Positions 10,931 to 21,245 of a stretch of DNA of 64,000 nt are shown here, piece by piece (the stretch's first letter is position 1; each line of letters starts with the position of its first letter). A program made the position numbers and the translations under genes. The notes below the pieces were generated by a model. The model was given only the letters and a program-made list of their open reading frames with translations, was not told the DNA's origin and searched no databases. The DNA is from Carcharhinus amblyrhynchos. Lineage: Eukaryota. The DNA lies in contig OZ336882.1 in NCBI GenBank assembly GCA_965287045.1, positions 80,476,001 to 80,540,000 of the forward strand, written 5' to 3'.

Positions 10931-13900
10931 ATGGCCCGCCCATTAATTGAACAGATCAATGATCATTTCTATCCTGTGCTGGCAGCTTTTGGTGCTCCCG
11001 GTAAGTCAATGTATCATGTTGTCTCATAGTTGCCGAGGACCTCACTGCTCACTGATTCAGCAACTGAACGCGAGAAGGTCATTATTGCAATGTCTTTTCT
11101 CTGCCGAGGTAAATTGTTGAATATCAGTGAGAGTCTCAACGGTTCGCATGGCCTGTGAGCCGCGGTTCAGCTCGGAAGAATGTGACACCTGGAGTTTAAC
11201 TTCCCTCTCCACATTTTCGGAGATGGAGGCTGATTCTCTGCCCTTCCAACACTTCATAGATCTGTATGCGATTTATTTGCAGTGACAATCTGTATCGTTT
11301 CCCCTTTAAGATGACAATAACTGGAAATGCGGCCTCTCCGGAAAGCAAAAATCATTGGATGATAGTTCAAGGAAAAATTGCTGCCCAGGAGGTTGCTCAT
11401 CCTCAGAGTTGCAAATCCGTTCCGTTGTTTCCCTTTCTGTGCCCGACAGCTCCCTTCCGCTGATGATAAACATTAGAATCCCACCGTCTCGAATTAATTT
11501 CAAGAGCTATTTTCTCACCTCATTGATGCATATGAAAGACTTACTATTATTTACATAACGTGTGAATATTGCGTTTAGCGCCCCTGATATTAGATGCAGC
11601 TCTTGAAATTTAACTGAAGACACTAAATTCAATCGATTGCCCCACCGTGCCGCTGCGCTCACTCCTACAATTGGTCGGTGCATCACCTGACACAAGCCTC
11701 GTGGTGGATGGATTTATTTGTCAGAGCTGCAGCACAGGGAATTACTGTATAGAAATCAATCATTTGTTTGGTTGAATTTACTTTATCCATTTGTGTGATG
11801 TGGGAATCGATGTCCTATATTGTTCATTCGTCGTTGCCCTTCGGATGCGGGTGGTGAGCTGCCTTCCTGATCCGCTGCTGTCCATGTGGTAAGTGCACCC
11901 ACAGTGCTGGTCGAGGGAAAGAGAGTTTCAAGATTTTGGTACAACTACAGTGAAGGAACAGTGATATATTTTCCACTCAGTTTGTCCAGTGACTTTGGGA
12001 GAAGATTAAGACGGCGGTGTTCCAATCTATCTGCTGCCCTTGAATTTTTAGATGATAGTGGTCGAGGCTTTTGTATAATGCCGTGTAAGGTGCCTGGTGA
12101 GTTTCAGTAAATGCTGTTCACGGCTGGCCCAGCGTGCCTGCGGTAGAGGTAGTGAACATTTTGTGGGCGGGTTAGCATTCCAACCGCCTGCTTCATCCTT
12201 CATTGTCTAGAACATCTTGAGTGTCTTTGGAGCCGCCCTCGCGCAGGTAAATGGAGAGTATTCCATCACTCCATCAACTTATAAACGGTGCACAGGATAT
12301 TGGGAGACAAGAGGTCTGTTATTCACCGCAGGATTCCTAACCGCTGATCTGCTTTTGTGGACACTATTTATTTGCTAAAATAAGCAAAATACAGTGGATG
12401 CTGGAATCTGAAACAAAAGTAAAGAATGCCAGAAAAACACGGACTGTTTTCTTCCCTGACGGAAACTGTCAGCCCTGCTGAGATTTTCTAATTTTTTTTG
12501 TCATATGGCTCGCCCAGTTCAGGTTGTGTTCACGGTTGATGCTAATAGTTGCGGACTCAGTGATGGCATTGCGTGTCAAGGGGAAATGGTTAGATTATGT
12601 GTTGTTGTCGGCGGTCATTTCTTAAACTTGTGTGACACAGGCGTTATTTCCCACTTGTCAGCCCAAACCTGGATGTTGTCTACACCTTGCTGCATTTGGA
12701 CACCGGCAGCCTCGGTATCTGAAGGCTGACGTATGATACGGTATATTGTGCAGCCATCAATGATCATTCCCACTTCTGACCTTATATTGAAAGAAAGGTT
12801 ATGATGAAGCAGCTGAAGACGTTTGAGCCTAGGACATTCACTGGGGAAATGACGGAATGTAGAATTTATTGAACAAACCGGAATTTCCTTTCTGAGGATT
12901 TCCCTTAGTATGAGGTTTGATTTCGACTTCGGGTGAATGGAGTTTCAGACCAGTGTCAGGGCTGATGCTTACTGTAATTAAATCGATATGGATGGAAGGA
13001 AGCTGATCCCAGATCACCCTGTTTATCCAAGTCTCCGAAATCACAATTGATCCCAATTGAGACTTGGGTTCTTTTGTTGACGATTGTGCTGAGGGGAACT
13101 TTCCATTAACATTCTGTACAATGAATCCGGCGACCCTCCGCTCAATATGTGGAAAAAAAAGACTTAAATTATTGCAATGGGGATAATATCGCAGGTGCCT
13201 AAATATTGAGTTTATGGCGATCTGTTTCAATAAAAATATCACCTCTGCTCGCTTGTACAATAGAAGGAGTCCATGTCAATAACTGAGTAAAGATGCACCC
13301 AAACATTTCACTAAAGTATGCTTTGAGTGTTACCAGACTGTTTCCATGACTTGGCTCTTCTCCCTCGTTTTTACAGCGAATCTCGTGACCATCGTGATCC
13401 TCGCCAAAGGAAATTGTGGCCTTTCCAGATGTGTCTCTATCTACATGGTGGCCATGGCAACAGCAGATTTGTTGGTGATGCTCATCAATGTAATTTTGTA
13501 TAACCTTCTAAGAAAACGTTTTCCGAATTCATTCCTCTCCTACACTGTTGTTTGCAAATTAATGATATATATGCTTTGTAATAACCTGTATATGTCAGTA
13601 TGGTTTACAGTCTCATTCACAGTTGACCGATATGTTGCTATATGTAGTCAGAAGTTTAGAACAATCTATTGCACCGCGAGAAGAGCGACTGCAGTTTTAA
13701 CAACAGCCTCAGTCCTCATCTATTTACAGAACTTGTATGTTTGGTTTGCATTTGAACATAAACGCACAATTAATGGTGTTCAATGGGGTGTCCTCCCCAG
13801 CCAGGATTTTTATACTTCTCAAATTGGTGATACAGTCGTCTTGTTACAAAGTATCTTATTGAACTGGATTCCCTTCATTTTGATATTACTATTAAACTTT

Positions 13901-14314
13901 TTGACAATCAGAAGGATTTTGTTGTCCAGCAAAGCCCGTGCAGGCCTGCGGGGTCAAAACAGCGAGAATCAGAATGATCCAGAGATACAGAACCGAAGGA
14001 AGTCCATTATTCTATTGTTCACTATTTCTAGTAGCTTTCTATTGTTGTGGGCGACAAGAGTCATTACGTATTTAGCCAGTCGGATGCTCGTTTATGTCCG
14101 GTCCGATTACACGTCCGCTGCATATATCGCCGCCGAAGCCGGAACACTGCTCATTCATTTAAGTTCATGCACAAACACGTGCATTTATGCAGCTACACAA
14201 GCTAAATTCAGGGAAGAGCTAAAGAAGATCGCGAAATCTCCTTGGACAATAATTCTGATGTTGCAAAAATATGTAAAATTAAAGAATGCCGTCCTTCCTG
14301 CCACAAAAATATAA
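10931..14314 (+). CDS. GPR139/GPR142-like class A GPCR, copy 1; join(10931..11000,13377..14314), 335 aa
   Basis: Exon 1 encodes MARPLIEQINDHFYPVLAAFGAP+G and ends at donor G|GTAAGT. The acceptor ctcttctccctcgtttttacag|CG is phase 1 and restores TM1 GAPANLVTIVIL. Other motifs: TM2 MATADLL, TM3 SVWFTVSFTVDRYVAIC, TM5 WIPFILILLLN, TM7 SSCTNTCIY, helix 8 KFREEL. Confidence 0.92.
11810..12850 (-). mobile_element. Old antisense CR1/L2-type LINE fragment in the GPCR intron (present in all units)
   Basis: Reverse complement at 12800-12848 reads PQ-x-VLGSNVFSCFI, similar to [17 protein letters not shown]. It is interrupted at ~12378-12500 by a short repeat (aagcaaaatacagtggatgctggaatctgaaac). Equivalents lie at ~22125-24100, 36485-37525, 50425-51465 and 63095-64000. 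Confidence 0.55.
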
Positions 14315-14538
14315 CGTGTTTCTTGAAATAACGGCCTTCAGAAGCACTGTGCCATTTTTTGTTGTATCTTCTGATGCCTACTGCTATTCGCGAGTAATTT
14401 TTGCTGTTTCCTTCTGTAGCGGCTTACTCCAATCACTGTGCACAGAAAACACGAATGATATCATTCAACAGTGGAGTAAAATGGGTTCGTATCAGTCCTA
14501 GCTGCCGTACAGTGCACGCAATGCCTTATGCCGCATTT

Positions 14539-15813
14539 AAATTTAGTGGAGTTCTATGAGGATGTGTCTAGGGCGTTGGATAGAGGAGAGCCGGTGGATG
14601 TGGTCTTTCTTGATTTTCAGAAGGCGTTTGACAAGGTACCTCACAAGAGTTATTGCAGAAGGTAAGGGGGCATGGAGTTGGGGGTCGGGTGTTAGCGTGG
14701 ATAGAGGATTGGTTGTCAGATAGGAGGCAGAGAGTGGGGGTTAATGGGTGCTATTCGGATTGGCGGTTGGTGACTAGTGGAGTGCCCCAGGGGTCGGTGC
14801 TGGGCCCTCAGCTATTTAAAATTTATATAGATGATCTGGAGGAGGGATCCGAGTGTATGGCGTCGAAATTTGCTGATGACACCAAGATTGGTGGAACGGC
14901 AAATTGCGCGGAGGGTGTGGAGAGTCTCCAGAAGGATCTCGATAGGCTGGGCAAATGGGCCAGGAAATGGCAAATGGAATTTAATGTTGGTAAGTGCGAG
15001 GTGGTCCACTTTGGTAGCAATAATGGTAGGAAGGACTATTACTTACGTGGCGGAAAACTGCAGCAGGCGACGGTGCAGAGGGACCTCGGGGTCCTTGCGC
15101 ATGAGTCGCAAAAACCCAGCCTGCAGGTGCAGCAGGTGGTCAGGAAGGCTAATGGGATGCTGTCCTTCATAGCGAGGGGGATTGAATATAAAAGTAGGGA
15201 GGTCTTGCTGCGGCTGTATAGGGCATTGGTGAGGCCGCAGCTGGAGTACTGTGTGAAGTTTTGGTCGCCGTACCAACGCAAGGATATTTTGACCTTGGAG
15301 GGAGTGCAGAGGAGGTTTACTAGGCTGATACCGGAGTTGAGGGGGTTGAGCTATGAGGAGAGGCTGAATAAACTAGGCTTGTACTCGTTAGAGTTTAGAA
15401 GAATGAGGGGAGATCTCATTGAGACATATAAGATGATGATTGGGATGGACAGGATAGAGGTGGAGAGACTCTTCCCGCTCAGAAAGGACAGTAGGAATAG
15501 TGGGCACAGCCTCAAGATAAAGGGCAGGGGGGCGGTTTAGAACGGAGTTGAGGAGGAACTTCTTCACTCAAAGGGTGGTGAATCTCTGGAATTCTCTGCC
15601 CGTTGAGGTAGTGGAGGCTGCCTCGCTAAATATTTTTAAGACGCGGGTTGATGGGTTTCTGATAAGCGAGGGGATTAAATGATATGGGGAGAGGGCGGGA
15701 ATGTGGAACTGAGCCACGACACGTCAGGGATGATCTTATTGAATGGCGGGGCAGGCTCGAAGGGCTAGATGGGCTACTCCTGCTCTTATTTCTTTTGTTC
15801 TTATTATGTTCTT
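14539..15813 (+). mobile_element. 5'-truncated CR1/HER1-like LINE 3' of GPCR, unit 1
   Basis: RT motifs [29 protein letters not shown], plus 3' UTR and tail. Same insertion site in units 1-4. Confidence 0.95.
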
Positions 15814-15819
15814 TCTACG

Positions 15820-18125
15820 ATACATCGCAGGTACTGCCTTGCAGCGCTTCTATTGCCTTACATTGTAGGTACTACCTTACACCGCAGAAACCATCTTACA
15901 CCGCAGCACTGACTTAAACTACAGGAACTGCGTTGCACCATAGGTACTGCCTGTCCCGCAGGTATAACATTACACAGCAGGTATTGCTCACACCACTTTC
16001 TCCGCAGGCTCACCGCAGGTACCACCTTCTGGTACCTTCTGGTACTTCTGGTACTTCAGGCACTCTGCTACAAGGTGGTACCAGATGTTCCATGTTCCAG
16101 CACAGGTGGTTCATTGCACGACAGGAATCGCCCTGCCCTGCAGGCACTACCTTGAACCACAGTACCGCTTTATGCTGCGGCTTCTGCCTGACACCGCAGA
16201 CACTACGTTACACATCACTGCCTTACCTCGCAGGCATTGCATACACCACAGTTTCTCCCTCAAACTACAGTGGCTGCCTTGTACCGCAGACTGCCTTGCA
16301 CCTCAGGTCCCACATTCCACCGCATGTATTACCTCGAACCGCGGACGCCGCATTACACCACAGATGCGGCCTTGTAACAAAGATGCTGTTTTTCACTTAA
16401 ACTACTTTCTTACACAACAGGTACAACGCAGGGAACTGCTTACACGGCCGCTAGTGCCGGAAACCGGAGACACTGCATCACATTAAGAACATAAGAACTT
16501 AAGAAATAGGAGCAGGAGTAGGCCATCTAGCCCTTCGAGCCTGCCCCGCCATTCAATAAGATCATGGGTGATCTGTTGTGGCTCAGATCCACTTTCCCGC
16601 CCTCTCCCCATAACCCTTAATCCCCTCTCTTACCAAGAACCCATCAACCCGCTTCTTAAAAATATTTAGCGAGGCAGCCTCCACCACTTCAACGGGCAGA
16701 GAATTCCAGAGATTCACCTCCCTTTGAGTGAAGAAGTTCCTCCTCAACTCCGTTCTAAACCGCCTCCCCTTTATCTTGAGGCTGTGCCCCCTAGTCCTAC
16801 TGTCTTTTTTGACCACAGTTTGTGTCTCACGCCCAGGTGATGCACCGCAGCACAGCTACCGCCATTCCATTCATGTTCTTCCTTATAGAATAGATATGTC
16901 TTAAACCGATGGTCCTGCCTTACACCGCAGATATTGCCTTACACCACAGTTTCTGGTTACGGCACAGTTTCTGTCTGGCTCCGCAGTTAATGTCTCACAC
17001 CACAGGTTCTCCTTGATAACTCCACAATGCTATCTTGAACCAAAGGCTCTGCATTGAACTACCGATACTGCATTGTGCAACAGTTTTTACACCGAAGCTA
17101 CTTTCTTGCAAACACGATACCGCCTTATTTCAGAGGAACTTCATTGCACAACAGGTACTGCCTTGCACCACAGCTAATGATTTGCACAACAGATATTGCA
17201 GCTACTGCCTTATACCGCAGGTTCTGCCTTCCACTGCAGGCGCTCACTGACTCTAAAGGGACTAACTCACACTGCGTGCACCGCCTTAAAACCGCAGTGT
17301 CTATGTAAAGCAGAGGTACGACCTGGAACTTTAGATTCTGCATTACACCACAGGATTTAAACTGAAGCTACTTTCTTACACCATATGTACCACCTTTCAC
17401 TGTAAGCGCTCCCTTACACCGCGAGTACTTTTATTTAACATCTCCGCAGCCTCTTTATACTGCCCTGCAGCAATGGCATGCCTTCCACCACAAGTACTGC
17501 CTTCAGCGTCGTAACTGCCTTCATTGTAAGTACTGCCCTACGCCACACGTACTACCTTATACCGCAGGTATTGCCTTCTAAAGCCCGTATTGTCTTTACT
17601 CCAGAAACTGCACTACAGCGCAATAACTCATCTCAGATGCTTCCTTACACAACGGTACTGTCTTCACCAATGATGGGTGGCACAGTATACAAGGCCTTTC
17701 ATTGAGGTACTGCCTGACTCCACGGCTTTTGCCTTTCACAATAAGTACTTCGACAGACCACAGGTACTTTCTTCACTGCGGGAATTGGTTTCACCACAGT
17801 AGTTGTCTTGCCGAACAGTTATTGCCTTACACCTCAGTTGCTATCTACACAACAGCTGATGTCTTAATGTACAGGTGTTGCCTTACATCATACTTACAGC
17901 ATAGCTACTGTTTTAAACGACAGGTACTGCCCGGCACTTAATGCACAACATCGCTCCACAGCTATTGCCTTCACCGTAGACATTCCCTTACAAAACGGTT
18001 ACTGGCTTATACGGCAGATGCTACCTTAAACCACAAGTTTTGTGTTACGCCACAGACACCAATTTGTACCAGATACTGCCTGAGACCACAAGGAACGGCT
18101 TATAATACACAGGTAACGCTACTGT
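15820..18125 (+). repeat. Degenerate ~19-bp minisatellite, consensus approx. ACCGCAGGTACTGCCTTAC
   Basis: Many decayed repeats of caggtactgcctt(a/g)cacc(g/a). Internal short repeat ctggtac(c)tt near 16030-16060. Confidence 0.75.
16484..16812 (-). mobile_element. Antisense CR1 3' fragment (units 1 and 4 only)
   Basis: taagaacataagaac tail and ORF 16583-16816(-) KKDSRTRGHSLKIKG..NLWNSLP. Units 2 and 3 have the empty site cacattgcaagcactgtcttgcaccac. Confidence 0.93.
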
Positions 18126-18639
18126 GCTTTAAGAAATGCAAATTAATCACGTTCTCTGCAGTCATAACCTGTCACTGAGCCGCCTGCCTAAATGTCATTG
18201 AATTGCTCCTTAAATTATTAAATTGTTTATTTATTTATATTCAATCTGGGCCTAATGCACTCTCTTGGAGTTTATGGCAATTTTGGAATTGTTGGGTGCA
18301 GATATCTGACAGGGCAAGTGGAAGAGTTTTATTTTTTTCCTCGCAGGAATTATTTCACTTTCAGTTTCGGTTGCTGGTTTGTTAGAAATTGCTTGGACTC
18401 CAGGCTGGATGCAGTGTTTTTTCTCTACCTGGTATTAAAGATTCTGCTGCCTAGTAGGAATAGTCTTTCCTTCTTTTCAGCATGAACATTTTGCTGAAAA
18501 GTACGTCTTACTTGAGCATTTTACTAGCTGGAGGAAAGCAGTGGCACTGTATCCACCTGGAGTCTGGGAGTCTCAGAATGCAGCATGCAGTGTTTCACTT
18601 CTCCATCCAAATGATTAATATCCACAGGGTTTGCAGAGC

Positions 18640-20150
18640 TGTCGGGAAGGATGGCAGATAGGATGTAAGGATGATTCAGACCATGCGTGGCAACGACTGT
18701 TTGATTGAGCACAAGTATGTTATCTCCAAAGCATGTCTGAAGATTCAGCTGAAGTGACACCCTCAAGGCAATACGATCACCGAACGACTGAAAATCTCAA
18801 GCTTGAAGATTGACCACACCCAACTGCAACTCACTGATGATCTGTGGCGGCCAAGTGACCTTCAGAAACCCGAAGACAAGATCGAGGAACTTTGGTGTTT
18901 CTGACGGGATACAGTGTATGCCACTGCTGAACGGTTATTGGGTCGCACAAAGAGTAAGCACCAGGACTGGCTTGAAGGAAATGGCCCTGAAATCCGGCAT
19001 CCTTTTGAAAAAAAAATACAAATTAGACAGAGCATACCTAAATGAAAAATCCGGAGGCAAAATGACTGTTTATAACACTATTCGTAGTACAGTTCAAGGC
19101 AGATTCCATGCAATGCAGGGCAAGTGGCTGAGACAAAAGGCAGATGAAACACAAGCCTGTGTTGACAAAAATTACACGAGGCACCACTACGAATCTGTGA
19201 GGATGTTCCTCAGTGTTCACCCAGGCTATTGCTCTCCGCTATTCAGTGTTTCAGAGACGACTCTACTCACAGTGTAATTTCTGATGTTAGAGACAGCTGT
19301 GTCATTCAAAAACACCCACAATTGGCCATCCCATATTAATGATGAAGTTATAAGTAAACATCCCCAGTCAATACCAGCGCTTGCTCGGGACTTCACCCAC
19401 ACTGTTGGAAAGAGAGAACGCTTTCGAGTAATTGTCAAATGACAAAGTTCTTGGAGCCGATCAAATTCCAGTAGAAATCTATACATATGGTGCATCATGG
19501 AAAGTCAGAATGTCCATCCACCTCTGAAGTTCACATGCAAGCAACGGATCCTCCCACAATGCTTCAATGACTGTTTCTTTGCTTATATCTGCAAACATAA
19601 AGTCAAACTCCAGTCCTGTGACAAACACAACTGATTCTATGAGCTGACTATTACCGGAAAGGACTTTGCCAGAATCGTTCTAAACCGACTCACCTGAGCA
19701 AGGTTCTTTCCGGAGAGCAATTCTTGTCAGGGGGAAAAAAAAATGAAACCATCGACATGGCATTTGTTGTTCACCAAATGCAGCAGAAATGCCCATAATA
19801 AAATGTTGAACAAGGCACCAAATTCATCCATCTTACCAAGTCTTCGAAATTGTTAGCAGCGACGGGCTCTGATGTATTATGAGTAAGTTTGGGCTTCCAG
19901 ACTAACTCAATCAGATGGCTCGACAGTTGTACAATGGCATGCAGGCCCGGCTCCGCCTTGACAATATGATTTCGGCCCCGTTCTGTGTCATCAATGGAGT
20001 GTAACAGTGCTGCATACTGGCACTGGTCCTCTTGCGCATCATGTTCTTAGTAGTGCACACTGATGCTATCGAGGCTAAGGATTAGGAATAGAAATCAGTT
20101 ATGGAATAGACAGCCGGACTTTCAGTTTGCGACGCCACAAAATCAGGAAG
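18640..20150 (+). mobile_element. Decayed RTE-like LINE, unit 2
   Basis: Collinear with 8317-9825. Confidence 0.78.
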
Positions 20151-21245
20151 TCCAAAATGCCAGGATAAGAGAATAATAAATCTTAGCAAATCTTTGGGTG
20201 GAAGTCATGACAGAGATGGGCAGCAGCGTAGCCATGAGCGATTTGTATTTAAGGGCCAGGGGCCAGGGGCATTGCCCTTCCAGAGACAAAAAACATTTGG
20301 TCAAATTAAATACTGGCCAAGTGGTCAGGAAGACTCATGCAAAAAGTCTCAATGGATGAAACATCGTGTCCACACGGCAACGAGTTATTTTCATCGCTTG
20401 TTGATGGACTGCACTCTCAAATAGTTCAAATATATCAACGTACTGTGAAATTTTCTTTTCAGCTCGGCTGCACTGAGTTCAATCGCCAGCAATAGCTTAG
20501 TGCCACTCGTTCAGAGTGATGCAAGGTGTCCGTCAAGCTGTGTCAAGCTCTGGGTCTCAAATTCTTATTGGTGCGTCAGAGGGGTAGTAAAGAATGATCC
20601 CAAACCTAATCTCTATTTCACGGGTTGGCACGGGACACTCTGAAATGGTATCCCCTCAAGTAATGATTCAGTATTCATACATATTTAAGTTCAGTTAGCA
20701 TTGATAATGATAGATTAACATTAAAGGTAAATTTGTAGTTTAGTTCCTACAATTCAGATTGTAGTAAAGACACAAGAAAGTAAGATAATTGTCACAAGTA
20801 AAAACGGCTATTCATCACTAATTATCACAATGCCCATTAGTGAAAATTTATGGACACAGGAGCAAAATACAAATAAGCTGTACATTAGATGCATGCATTT
20901 AAATCAGTGCATGATGAAACTGGGAGAGTCAAACATTGTGCAAATGGGAATGGTCCATTCTGTATTCTGGGAACCAGCGCAGAACACATGTGCTCCAGGA
21001 TTTCTTTCTGATCAGTCATGTTAATTGACGGAGCTTCATGGACTGACTGAGTGTCGATTGGCCAACAAGGATTCCCTCCAGAGGAAAGGGAATTTTTTGA
21101 TTAAATTTGGTGAATCTGACGCAATTAGTTCGTAGCCTGATACTTTCCCCCAGGGAATGTATGACAGTACAAAAAGGGGAGAGGTTAGGAACCTTTTATG
21201 CAACGGTGCATCGAGCGAAACGGTTGCATTCTTATCGAAATCACA

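Noticed and set aside
12838-13260. 140-aa antisense intronic ORF recurring in units 1, 3 and 4
   Set aside because: It has no recognisable domain and is broken in unit 2. Recurrence is explained by recent duplication.
13346-13376. ORF-track start MTWLFSLVFT for a single-exon 322-aa GPCR (also 24603, 38023, 51961)
   Set aside because: It is the intron's polypyrimidine tract and AG acceptor. It lacks the first half of TM1, which the upstream exon supplies.
14812-15281. Overlapping and antisense ORFs within CR1 copies
   Set aside because: They are shadow frames of the RT coding sequence.
14653-15540. RT ORF beside each GPCR as a functional RT-receptor module (retron- or DGR-like)
   Set aside because: It is a 5'-truncated CR1 inserted once before the duplication. 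It lacks the endonuclease, is frameshifted, and carries stops in units 2 and 3.
15933-17941. His/Cys/Thr-rich ORFs (and equivalents at 27202, 31232, 41292, 44004, 54548)
   Set aside because: These are translations of the degenerate minisatellite; frames and lengths differ among units.
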